Of a stretch of DNA of 64,000 bases, positions 22,827 to 35,085 are shown in pieces (position 1 is the first letter of the stretch; each line of letters starts with the position of its first letter). The DNA lies in assembly GCF_009834535.1 (NCBI RefSeq), contig NC_045697.1, positions 46,998,001-47,062,000 of the forward strand, given 5' to 3'. The notes beneath the pieces were generated by a model. The model had not been told where the DNA came from and did no database searches. It saw nothing but the letters and a program-made list of their open reading frames with translations. The stretch is from Camelus ferus (lineage: Eukaryota). The translations under genes were made by a program, and so were the position numbers.

Positions 22827-25800
22827 CTAAGAACAAAACAGGAGGTCAAGTACAGTAGTGGATAAGAAAAGTATAAAGGAGTATATTTTGTGAAGACAAA
22901 TCAAACAGACATTTAAAGTCACATACAGATCAAGTCTTCTTAGGGGAATACAAAATAGTGACATTTTCCATTAGCATATTCCCCCTCTCTGGGTGGAGCA
23001 CTTAGGAACTCCTAGTACTTGGTAACTAACCTACGCTGAAATGTACATTGGAGGTGTGTCCTCCCCTGAAAGGCATCTCCTTTCTTTCTCTGAAGTTCCT
23101 CTTACACAGAGCTAAGGGGAGGCTCAGAGAGGTGCAGTGTGGGACAGAGAAAGGGAAAAAACCCTTTCTTCACACTCGTGCTGCTCTGAATGCGGACCAT
23201 CTGTGCCCCCAGCTGGAGCGCCGGCAATGGTCTGGCACTTGAACCACACCATATTTACAGATCTAAACACAAATGGCTACTGCCTGATTGTTTCATGATT
23301 CATTAGTCAGACAAGCTCTCCTCTCCCGCCAGCACAGCTGTTACAGAGTAAACCTTTGTCACTTAATAGGCCTGATTATTACTTTCCATCAAAGGTATTG
23401 ATCTGTGTCACCTCTACTTAAGGGAACGGGGGAGAAGAAAATGGGGGAATAAAATGTACCAGGAAAACATGAACATGAAGAAGAAAAGAAGGAGTGAAAG
23501 AGAGGGACATTAGGCAGGATCAGTGACACTGGCTCCCTCCCTTGTTCTCTCCTGCGTGACCTGAATATCTGGATTCGTGTCTTTGGCCGCAGTGACTGAC
23601 TCTCTAGGAAAGACGAGCCATACCTCACATAGTGTGCAGCCAGGCCCCCAGACCACTGCAGTCACAGACCCTGACCACACAGATCATTGGTCAACGACGG
23701 GCACAGGGTGAAGTGAACCAGGAATCTGTATCAATTAATAAACCAAGCCAGTGTGCAGATCAAGTACAGGCTCTGGAGGAAATTTTTATAGCTCCTTTAA
23801 TTATCTCCTTTGGTTTAACAAATAAAGTGAAGCTATAACCCTGGGCTGTTCTCTGACTGTGACGCACTGCGTTCGCCCAGGTTGAGAGGTGCCCGGGTCT
23901 GGCGGTCTGGCTGCCAGGCAGGCACTGCGGGGCAGCGCGCTGGCTGGGTACAGGAAACATCAGCTTGGCACCCTGGCCAGCACTCTGCTTCTCTCTCACC
24001 TCTTTTTACCACTTTCCTCAGTTCTCCTTTCTTAAAAAAAAAAAACTCAAAGGAATAAAAGTGAGAGGATTTCCTGGGAAGGGGAAGACAAAGAAAGGCT
24101 GTCAGAAATTACACCAACTCAGTAAAAACCAAAGTAAAGGTTGTCACCAACATTCCCACCAAAACAATTATTCGAGAGGCAAGAATTTTAGAAAGGAAGA
24201 CCAAAGATCATCTATCTAATCTTCTGATTTGCCTGTACACAAAGGAAGCCCAGAGACGTTTAGAAGCTTCCTCCTGCTACACAGTTTTTTGGGTGGGACA
24301 GCTGAGTCTAACAGAAAAGTGCTCTGCTAACCAGTTCAGAGCTCTTTCCATTCCACCAACCAGCCCTCCAAGTACCAAAAATCTCAACTCAGGCAGAGAT
24401 GGTTTTAACTAATACTGTACCTCCCACAGCTTTATAGAAGACAGGATCATAAAAGGATGAGACCTTTGATCAGAGCTTGTGGAATCAGCCTCAGTATAGT
24501 CACACTTTTGTAAAATATCCATATCATAGAAGAATAGTGTTTTACTCATATAGGACACATATGTGTATACATAAATATCACACACAAGTAACCCAACGCA
24601 TGCAAGCTTACAAAATGGGCCTTGCTTTTACAACCATTCAACAGCTCCAACCTTCTGAGATTCCAGCGTAGGCTGGTTTCCTTCCCTTTGTCTCCATAAC
24701 ACTCATAGCGATTGTTACCCAAATCTAGTATATTAATGAGACCTTTGTTACCCCTTTGCCCCAGCTGCCAATTGCAGGCACACTGTCATTCCAGTTCACA
24801 AAAGGTCAACTGCCTTGCTAAGGACATACTGTTTATTTTATGGTGCTCCCCACAGGTGATGGATTGACAAGCTAGACGTTGGGACCCTCCATTGACGTGA
24901 GTGTCAATAGAAGCAAGAGACAAGGCTCACCCTGCCAACTCAGTCCATTCAGAATTAAAGAGGATGGTCAGAACCAGGCTTGCCTGAGTTCCTATCTCCA
25001 AAGGCACTGCTAATGAGTGCAGCATTGAGAAATACCTGAATGGGCCGTGGCCCTGGGGAGCTGAACAAGCCTATTTCATACTTATTTTATTCTTAATAGG
25101 CCCTTGGCCAAGGGTACGATGTTAATGGCTTGAGATCACTTCTGACTCAGCCCAGATTTTAATCAGCAAACTGGCAATGAAAGACCCCTTGTCCCGTTTC
25201 CATGTCTGTAGTTCTCCGGGTGGTTTAATTGTTCCACTTGATATCCATGTCCCGGGCCATCTAGTCTTCTCCCTTTCCCCATTCCCAGTTTCCAAATGGC
25301 ATTGGGAATTTTACTCTTTGGAGCAGCATGTTAATGAAGCCTGCAGTGTATGTTTTGGTACCCATAAAAAAAATTTTTAACAGAAATCATAACTTTAATT
25401 TTTCTATATAAAACAGAATTCAGACTTGGAAGCAAATGAAATTTTACTGATAGCCAACTTTCAGCTTTTGAGCTTTCCAAACCAGAGTTTCTTTTTGTAA
25501 GTTATGTCTATCAGTTGACAGGACCAATATGATTTTACGTGGGCACAGTTTGGCAACCAGGAACTCCACATAACATAGTACACTTGAAATTCATATAAAA
25601 AGAAAGCTGTCAGCAAGTAGAAACTGATTAAAATAAAGGGCATTTGTTCTTAACAGGGGAGGAAAATCAGCTTATAGCCACGAAAAGGAAACTGAATGGC
25701 AAAAACTCATGTGAAAATGCCGAAGTATTAAAAACACTCTTTGATGTTCTCTCTGTTTATATTCCACTTGATAATTCGATTTTGAATCTAAATATGCATT

Positions 25801-26819
25801 TCTCCCAGCATATTAACAAAAATGGACCTTACCTAGAAATCTATGTATGGTGACAAATAGCATTTGAAAGTATCCTCTAAAAAAAAACCCTAAGAATTTT
25901 TTAAACATATGACAGATGGTTTGTTATGCCCTAACAAATTTGTGAGGCAGGAAGAATAGGTATACCACCTCAATTTTATAGCCAGGACACTGATGAGTTA
26001 AGATGTTAAGGATAGAGAAATACCATCAAACAATGTTTATAAAGCTCCTACCTGTGGGGAGCAACTGTCTGGAATGCAAAAGAGCTATTGGTTATAATAC
26101 CAAGAAGACCTACATGATGGTACAAAGAAAGGGGAAAAAGAGCACTAGTATCATTAGAAAAATGACCTGCATTCAAGGGCTTACCAACCACTTTGTCTTT
26201 GAGCCATTGACAAAGAAAGCCTGAGAGAAAATCCACTTTCTGGCATCCAGTGGTGCTCACATGTTCTGGAGGTAGCCATGCAGAATGGTCCCTGAGTCTG
26301 AGTACTTTCTATCCAGAATAAAATAAAACATCTATGTGCAGTTAATTAAAACAATGTGCCTTTAAAAATAGTCATAACACTTGTTCTTATAGAGCTACAT
26401 TATTTAACTAAATATACATGGAACAGCTGGGACTAAAACCCAAAAAATGCATATAGCAGATTGCAATGAAAACCTCCGGTTGTATTTAGTTACCTACATA
26501 TTTTAATTTGGTGCATGCAACCAAAGCCAACAGTTTTCAGGGTTGGATAATTGTGTTTTCTCACTCCTAAAAATGGCAACATCAAAGTATGTTCTGGCAA
26601 ATGCCTTTTACTTTAAATATTTTTCTTTATTTTCTCTATATTTTTTCTTTATAGGGTGAATGTTCACAGAAATTTTTTTAATGCATTGTATTTATTTATT
26701 GTATTTAATGCATTATATTTCTCATTTCTAAGTTTCAGACTCATCATGGTACATCCTAAAATGTCTCTAGTCAATGTGGTACAAAACTGGATTGTAAAAT
26801 AATAAATAAATGAATGAAT

Positions 26820-27040
26820 GAGTAATAGTCAACACTTCTGACTCACTATGTGACAGTCATGCATATATTAACTCACTTAATCAGAATACCCTATAAATTA
26901 AGTTGTATTATTATCCAGATTTTACTGATGAGTAAACTGAGTCACAGAGAGGTTAAATAACTTGCCCTACAACATACAGCTGATAAGTGGCAGAGCTGGA
27001 ATTCAAAACCAGGTGGTCTGGCTCCAAAGTCCATAGTCTT
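26820..27040 (-). mobile_element. MIR SINE
   Basis: ttttactgatgagtaaactgagtcacagagaggttaaataacttgccc...agtggcagagctggaattcaaaaccaggtggtctggctccaaagtcc. Confidence 0.9.
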
Positions 27041-27069
27041 AAACTAAAATTTACAAATAAAGATAACCC

Positions 27070-27181
27070 TACAGAGAGAGGGAAAGAGAAAGAAAGAAGG
27101 AAGTAGGGAAGAGGAAGGAAAGAAGAGAAAGAGAGAGAGAAGGGAAGGAAGGAAGGGGAAAAGAGGGAGAGGAATAAGAAA
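27070..27181. repeat. Purine-rich (GA/GGAA) low-complexity tract
   Basis: Almost exclusively A and G for ~110 nt. Confidence 0.9.
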
Positions 27182-28239
27182 GCTTTAAAACACTCATTAA
27201 AAAAAACAGGAGGGTTAAGTCTGCTTTTATAAAGCAATGGGAAAATCTGAAAAAATTATCTGGAGGAATTAAAGGAAGTCTATTTGATAACTGGAACAGG
27301 TTTTTTTGGAAGGAAAGCGCAAAGGGGGCGGTTGATGCCAAATGAACTCCCGCAATGACCTTGGTGGAGGAGAAAAGACTGCAGATTCGGTCTGTCTGTG
27401 CCAGCGCCTAGGGCCTCCCTTCCAGGAATGCATCCATCTGCCCCAGCATCCCGAACATTTCAAATACTGCTCCTCCCCGCTTGGACTTAAGATGTCAAGG
27501 GATAAGACATCCGGAAACCTAAAATACAAGCGTAGTGATGCATGGTCACTTGGCAACAGTGGGGTGGGCTTAGCTTCATGCCAGCGAATGGAGCCTGCTT
27601 TCTTGCCAGCAGCCCAGACATTGAGCAAACAGATGATACAACAGAAGCAGGGGCACAGAAGCAGAAGGGATCTGTCCAGCAGAGGAGAAACCTTCCACAC
27701 ATTCATGGGAAAAACATAGAAGATAAGAAGAATAGATTTTCACTGATGGTAGCAGCAGGATGTTTGTGACAAGAGAAAGTGCTTGTAACTCAGTGATAAT
27801 GTGGACATACTAACTGGGAACAGAAATATCCTGTAATGATATGGCACTTGGTGAATGCTTGGAGGGGTAGCCCACAAAAATGAGCAGAAATGCCAGTCTG
27901 TTTTTTGGACTTAGGTGGAGCTGGAAATGAAGACCGTCAAACATCTTAGCATAGATGCCTGAGAGTTTTGTGGTTTGAAGGAGATGAGGGTTTGTTCTAT
28001 TTTTTTTTTCTTTCCTTAATTTTTTTCTTTGATACATTAGCCCCCTTTGGGTAGCCTCCTCCAGTATTCAAAGACTAGAAACAAAGGCTTGATAGGCCAT
28101 GTGACCCCATTTAGAACCTTTTATATATATCTTAGTGCAGGCATTTGCAAATAAAACTCAAATGAAGACCTTGAACTTCTAGATAGTGATTTTCTGTGGT
28201 AAACGAATCAGAATGTTGAGGAGAGTATTAACAATTAAT

Positions 28240-28420
28240 ACAGTTACCATTTAGTGAATGTTTATTATGTGCCTTTCAAGCATGGAATAGGCGCTGTGTG
28301 TAATTAATCCTCACAACAATCTTGAGCCAAGTGCTACTGCCCCTATTTTACGGAAGACCAGTGAAAGGCAGAGCCAGGATTCCACCTCAGGTTTGTGTTT
28401 CTCCAAAGTTCTTACTCATA
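28240..28420 (-). mobile_element. MIR fragment
   Basis: ccatttagtgaatgtttattatgtgcc...ttaatcctcacaacaatc...cccctattttacgga. Confidence 0.75.
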
Positions 28421-28619
28421 ATAGACGCTCCCTTAAGAAATGTCATCAGGAATACTAACCAGCAGTCCAACCACCAGTCCTGAAGTTTACCTTCAGCACA
28501 CCCTCGGCTGGACAGGTCCACTTGAATGCTTGAACCTTCAACTCTTGGAACAAGCAGGAGTAATGACAACGATGTGACAACAGGAGTGGTGCAAAGAGCA
28601 AGAGACAAAATTTGAAGAG

Positions 28620-28770
28620 TTGGATTTTGGACCTGATTCTGCTTCTAATTTTCAGTTTCCGTGGGCATGTTCTTAAACCCTCTGAATCCCTACAAAATAA
28701 TGGTAAAGGGACCTGCTCTAGCAGCTTCATCATTGAATGATTAAATGAAAATGTGAAACCAGGACACATT
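28620..28770 (+). mobile_element. MIR fragment
   Basis: gggcatgttcttaaaccctctgaatccctacaaaataatgg...gattaaatgaaaatgtg. Confidence 0.55.
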
Positions 28771-29359
28771 TTTTTTAACCTTTATATATGCCATAATCTT
28801 AGGCTGTAACTGGATTACACAGCCTCAACCACTGAAATGGAGGAGGTCAGTGTTTTCCCTTAATCACTCCTCGCCCTCAAACAGCAGCCATAGATATTAG
28901 ATGCTGCCATGAGAAACATTCTCCAAACACTGGAAACTGTGCAGGATGAGCCTGAGTAAAATGACCATAAATTGGGTGTAAGTCCAGCCCCAGGGCAAGA
29001 GAAAAGGAATCAGTGATTCAGTAATTCTTGAAGTGCTCTGTGCCACTAACAAAGGACAGAAAGAGATGAATACTCCTCTATTTTCTTAACATCTATTGTT
29101 GAGATTGGCATGTGATGAATGCAGGAAAACCAAATCCTGTTGCCTTCTGACTGCATCATTATGCAGAATGTTAATATTGCATAAATCTATGAGGTATTCA
29201 AAATACCTAGACCAATCAAAATTCTATTTTTGCCTCCAGCTGCAAAGTTATTCTGTCATTCTTCCTAGAAAGCTGCAAAGTCAGGACTCTTACAAGATCT
29301 TGCGGCTCCATATCCTTAGAAGTCGCATTTAAAAGTAGTTCCAAAACCCCCAGATTTCT

Positions 29360-29560
29360 ATCAGTGCAATTAGAATTTTTTTAAGGATTTAACTTTTTGA
29401 ATTAGGAACTCTTGAAAATCTGATGAAAGCTATGGATCCTTTCCCTAGATAAAGATGAACACACACACACAAACACACACACACACACACCCCTGACTGT
29501 ATAGGAAGGAGCCCATCCACAGGCCCTCAGAGTTTACGGACCCCCAAGGTGAGAACTCCC
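29360..29560. mobile_element. hAT-Charlie-type MITE fossil containing a (CA)n repeat at 29459-29490
   Basis: gaaaatctgatgaaagctatggatcctttccc...ggacccccaaggtgagaactcc; the CA repeat is read directly. Confidence 0.45.
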
Positions 29561-31179
29561 AGAGCTCATGCTTGGCCGTGCAAGTTAATACACTGCACAC
29601 ACTGCACTTCCATGCTTGGCCGAGAGGAGACGTGAGGACGAATTCCAACCCCCAGACCGCTCACTAAGCCATGCTACATCTGCCCAGAGTGGCTGCTGTG
29701 TTCTAATTTGTGCAAAGGTGCCATATAGTCACAGCACTGTCCTGGGACCAGCTTTGTGCATGTCTCCTCCCAACCCCATGTTCAGTGACAGTCACATTCG
29801 TGGCTTGCAATCAGCCATGGTGTGGGTATTTACACCAAAGAAATTAGCACACCCTACAATGAAGGGCTGTTCCCAAGAGGAGTGGCCAGCTCTTGAAGAT
29901 TTACCAGCATATCACTGCATATGGACTAAGAGAGACCCTCAGAAACTCTGTCCTGTATTATGATCGATTTGAAGTGAAAAGCAGAAAACACAATTTAAAA
30001 TCTACATCCCAATTTCCTTTCAGCCTGTACTAATTGCTTTTAGAGCAAGGGTACCTGGGCCCTGACTTGTTTTGAGCCCAGACTTAACAGCTAATGGATG
30101 CTGGAGAAGGTATTCACAGAGGGCTGCTGGAAAAATTGGTTCCCATTTGATCCCAGATGGGTCCAATGACAGCATCCTGAGCTATAAGCCTATGTTGTAA
30201 ACTTTGGCAGCATTCAGAGCATTAAAACCATTAAGAAAACAAAACTAATGATGGTTGCATACAATTTTAAAGATAGGGATTAAAAGGAAGAACCAATAGG
30301 GAAAGTAAATCTGAAGTCCCAGCACTTCTTGCGATGCCAAGGAAGGAAAGCCCTGTCTGTGGCAGGCATAAACTGCTGTGGACTGATGTCAGGTTTCTTC
30401 TGTAGGCTTTTTGAAGAACTGCTCTTTACAACTGAACTCTGTCTTAGGTTGATTCTCTTAGGAAGGTAAAAAAAAAAAAAAGAAAAGTCAGGTCAAACGA
30501 TTGATTCCAGTTTTGAATTACAGAGGGCTATTGATTTTTCATTAAGGTTCGTGTGTTGCTCTCAAGAGGAGGGAGAGAGGGGAAAGTAATTCATTGATCA
30601 GAGCGGAGGGCCATGTTCATTTATTGGCTTCCTGCCATGTCTCATTATTCCCGATTCTAAATGTATATTGAAGTCAGTTTATTTTCATCATTGCCTCCTG
30701 TCACCAGAAATGTCTCTCAGTAACTATTAGTTTAATCATCCTTTTCTTACAATGGTAATGAGTGATAATATCCAACATGATCCTGGATTCTTGGATGTTA
30801 TTGATTGGGTTACAGCATTGTTCCTCCCAAGGCTCTAGTTAAGAGTCTGTCAACAATTTAATAGTCTAAAAAAAGGACATGAATAGTTTGCGGATTTTTA
30901 AAAAAAATATATTTGAATTTTTTTTAAAAAATTGCAGCATTTTTACCATTGTTATTAAAAAAGTCTTTCCTGCTTTTCTGGAGGATCCATGGTTTTTGAT
31001 CTATCTAACTTTAGAGAGTGCAGGAAACTACCTAAATCAGGTGTCATATATCTACCCAAGCCACTGGAACCCCCTCTATAGAACATCAAGCACATGCAGA
31101 ATAAATCAGGCATTCCACCTAGAACCCTAAATTTCATTTGCAGGAACAATCTTTGTCTGGAGGGTCTTGAGCCACACTT

Positions 31180-31745
31180 GAATCTCTGTTTTACATATTA
31201 GCAGACTTAGGTCCTGAGAGATTGAACCACTCAGGATCATCTGACAAAGTGGCACAGTGGGGACTAGAACCCATGTTCCCTGGTTTCTGTATCACTAGTT
31301 GTTCCACAATACTATGCTGCCATTTTGATAATCTACCCTTCTCAATTCATGTGATATTTATAATGCATAAAAAATCAGAAGCTGACTTTAATATCAAATC
31401 CTAGAAATATTGATATTGATTTTTTTTTTCTTATTGTGAGATAAGACCATATTTTCCCCTTAAGTGCTGCCCCACTCCTAGGTAATCAGCTGCCTACATT
31501 ATAATGTGAGTGCCTACTTGCCCCCAAGAGTTCCCAATCTCAGTCCCTCCAGATCATTTGCCAAGTGGCTCATGTACATTAATGCTTCTGAACAAATTTT
31601 CCCAACACCCTGTGAGAGGTGGGAGGAATTTTCCCATTTTATAGATGATTTGGCCAAGGCTACAGGGGAAATAATTTACAGAGCCAGGACTCAGAGTCAA
31701 GCCGTCTCACTGACGAGGTCTCTTTCCACTACACCACAGCTCCCT
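31180..31745 (-). mobile_element. Two MIR fragments (~31180-31320 and ~31550-31745)
   Basis: aagtggcacagtggggactagaaccca; acaccctgtgagaggtggg...cccattttatagatga...cagagccaggactcaga. Confidence 0.7.
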
Positions 31746-31788
31746 CTGGTGCCAAAATTGACAGTGGGAACTATTAAAAACAACCATG

Positions 31789-31863
31789 CTGTACACGAGA
31801 AACTGACACAACATTGTAAGCTGACCATACTCCAATAAAAATAAAAAAAAAAAAAAAGAAAGG
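31789..31863 (+). mobile_element. Extremely 5'-truncated young L1 (terminal 3'UTR plus poly(A))
   Basis: ctgtacacgagaaactgacacaacattgtaagctgaccatactccaataaaa followed by an A tail. TSD aaaaacaaccatg (31776-31788) / aaaaacaactatg (31864-31876). Confidence 0.85.
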
Positions 31864-31899
31864 AAAAACAACTATGGGAAAACTATTTAAAAGATGCAT

Positions 31900-33150
31900 A
31901 CCAGTAAAGCAAGCTGGAAGATTACTGGAAGATATCACAGGAAAAAAATCCCATTCAGATCTGTAATCAAGAATACAAATTGCTTACAAATAACTATGAC
32001 AAAAATGTATGGGACTTATATGACTAAAACTAGACAACTTTACTAAAAATGTGAAATAAGATCTAACTAAATGAAGAGACACAAAATACTTTAAATCTGT
32101 GAGTTACTTCCAGCAGGATATTTTGAAATAAAAAACATAATAAAACTGTTCTAAAATTCCTCTGGATGAGCAGACTACACAAACACAAAAGGCATTTTGA
32201 AAAATAAAAACAATGAAGGGGCACTCACTTCATAAAATATCAAAATGTCATTTAAAACTTCAGTATTTAAAACAAATCAAGAACCTGTATAAAAAATCAG
32301 TGGACATATCATGGAACTAATTAATTGGCCATGAAACAGACTGTGACATATATAGTAAAGGAAACAATAAATAATCAGAGAAAAAAATTATTATATATTT
32401 GAAAAAATTAAATTGGATATTCATTGTACAAAGCACAACAAAATGTATTTCAGATGAATTTAAAAGTGAAATGATTTTTCAAATGTTCTAAACAGGAAGA
32501 AAATAGAGATAAATATTTAACTTATGGAAGTATTTTATCAGTATAAAGCCAGTGAAAAAAACATGATGGAAAAATAGATTTTACCACATTAAAATGTAAA
32601 ATGTCTACTCAAACATCACACACTACAAAAATTAGAGACGCAAGTCACATACATGTAAAAACATGTTCTACCTCATTAGCATTTAAAATCACCAACTGAA
32701 ATAAAATCATACCATTTCTATCTATTGAACTGACAAAATTGTTTCAGATAATAATAATCAATGCTCTAATGGGACAGATTCTATCACATTACTGATAGGA
32801 AAATAAATTGGTAATCTTTCTGAAAAGAAACAGACTATTATGTTTCTAGAGCCTTTAAAATATTTCGAGAACTTGTGTTCAGGAATTGTATTTCTAGAAA
32901 TCTAGCCCAAGGAAATGGCCAGATATGTTTCTAAATAAGAATCTGTGTAGAAATGTTGTTGATAAAAACCAAAATATGAGAAATAATCTAAACAAAAATA
33001 AAAGAAAAAAATTAGTTGGGTAGAACCATATAAAAGAGCAGCACACAGACACAAAAAATTATGTTTTGAAGGATATTCAATAATATGAATAAATTCTCAT
33101 CCACAAAAACAGAAAAATCATTGTGGTTCCAAATGTGTAAAAATTGAAAA
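31900..33150 (+). mobile_element. Highly decayed L1 (L1ME-like) ORF2/3' fragment
   Basis: ctgttctaaaattcctctgga...ttttgaaaaataaaaacaatgaagggg; tttctagaaatctagcccaaggaaat. Confidence 0.75.
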
Positions 33151-33619
33151 AGCAATGGGAATGAGGAAAAAGAACAAATGGGAGAACAGTTTAAGAGTTA
33201 AAGGATTAGACTCAATCACTAAAAGGGTGTGGGAATAGGGACGAGTCAGGGATAATTCCCAGGACACTGGCTCAGGTGCTGGGTGAGCAGGAGACCATCA
33301 CCAAACTGAGAAATACACATGATAAGGTTAAACGTTGACCTGGCTCTCTAGACACAAACGTAAGCTTCCTTTTTTATACCCAATTCTTTTAATCCCATTG
33401 GGTTTCTGCCCCCACTACCACAACAGGGGTATTTTAGATACAGAGGTAATCTTGACAGAAACATTCAACAAACTACTAACCCTCTACAATACACACAGTG
33501 CTCAACTAGATGGCAAGAGAGGTACAAGGCTGTAAGGAACAGCATTTATATTCCAATGGCTTTTTCACTAAGCATCTTGAGAGTATGAGGAATAGCTTAA
33601 AAGAGAGAAACTGAGTGTA

Positions 33620-33980
33620 ATATGTCAGACAGAGAAAGACAAATAATATTAGCACTTATACGTGGAATCTAAAAAAATAAAACAAACTAGTGAAATTAAC
33701 AACAACAACAAAACCAAATGCACAGATGTAGAGAACAAACTAGTGGTAACCAGTGGGGAGAGGGGTGAGGTAAGATGTAAGTAGAGGATTAAGAGGTACA
33801 AACTACTATGTATAAAACAAATAAGTTACAAGGATATATTGTACAACACAGGGAAAATAGCCAATATTTCATAATAACTTTAAATGGAGTCTAATCGATA
33901 AAAATTTTGAATCACTATGTTGTACATCTGAAACTAATATAATATTGTCAATTACCTACACCTCAGGTTTTTAAAAAAAG
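33620..33980 (+). mobile_element. L1 3'UTR fragment (Laurasiatherian type)
   Basis: gtcagacagagaaagacaaata...tacgtggaatctaaaaaaata...gtacaacacagggaaaatagccaata...atgttgtacatctgaaactaatataatattg. Confidence 0.9.
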
Positions 33981-34568
33981 GCAATGTAGTAGTTTATAAA
34001 ATGCTTTTCATAACTATAAAAATAGGGAACAAATTGTGCACATTGTCATTTTAACTCCATTAAGTAGATTTGCATAAGAAAATGCTAAAAAAAATTTAAA
34101 AGACAATTGTATTTACTAACTGTATTAGGGTTGTTGGCTTATAAATGATTTCTTCCTCTGTCTTCCAAATATTCTGCAATACTATTATACGTTAAATTTT
34201 TGTAATAAAGATAATTTTAACAACAGTTAAAAATAGATTGATACTTTTTTCATAATCTTCATAAATTACTTAATTAAGCAAAATAGGTATTTATATTAAT
34301 GAGAATTTAAAGTAAGATTCACTGGGGTAGCACTCGGATCAGATAATCAGTGTTCATGTAATTAAAACTGGCTGTAGAGTGTGTGTGTTTGAATGCAACA
34401 TCCATGCTTAAAAAATTCCTCCAAAGTTCTCAAAATTAAAAAAAAATTCCAATTTAACCCACTGCATAAATTGTATACTTATGACTCAGTGATAATACTA
34501 ACCCTCCGTCCCTCAAAACACGTACCTGCAGCTTGGATAGTGGTTTCGTTCTGCACACTATATGATAG

Positions 34569-34736
34569 TTGGTTCGATTAAAATTTTAAAATATTGTATG
34601 AAAAATTAGGACGTAGATATTCCTGCAGCATTCCCTTTTTAGAAGTTTCCACTAAAAAAAGGAAGAATGATAGCTTGAATTCTGAGGCAACAAAATTTAG
34701 TGAGGTGAACCAGAGAATGGAAACCACACACCTAAC
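34569..34736 (+). repeat. Copy A of a diverged local direct duplication (copy B at 36171-36240 plus 36461-36566)
   Basis: Colinear match by eye, e.g. tatgaaaaattagga / tatgagaaattagga and tgaggcaacaaaatttagtga / tgaggcaacaaaaatttagtga. Confidence 0.8.
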
Positions 34737-35085
34737 ATTTCAATCCCTAATCTGCGCTCAAGGCAAGTCATTTAAGTTCTCTGAGTCTCACTCAGTTCCA
34801 TATGTATAATCTGCAAAGGAAGATAACTTGTCAGAGTTGTTGTAAAGACTAGAGATACTGTAAAGCATCATGTAAAGTAAGAGTTTACTATTCCATGAAT
34901 TTTCTGTATATTATCTTATGTAATCCTCAAAACAATCCTTTTATTCTTTTCTCCACTAAAAAATTTAGGAAACTGAGGCACAAAAGCATTAAACAACTTG
35001 GCCAAGGTCACACACCTAGCAGATCTTAGATTCAAACCTGGGCAGTCTGACTCCAGAGGGTCAGTGCTAAATCACTACACCAGCC
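34683..35085. mobile_element. Two MIRs tail-to-tail (+ ~34683-34880; - ~34890-35085)
   Basis: ggcaagtcatttaagttctctgagtctcactcagttcc; aggaaactgaggcacaaaagcattaaacaacttggccaaggtcacacacctag. Confidence 0.85.
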
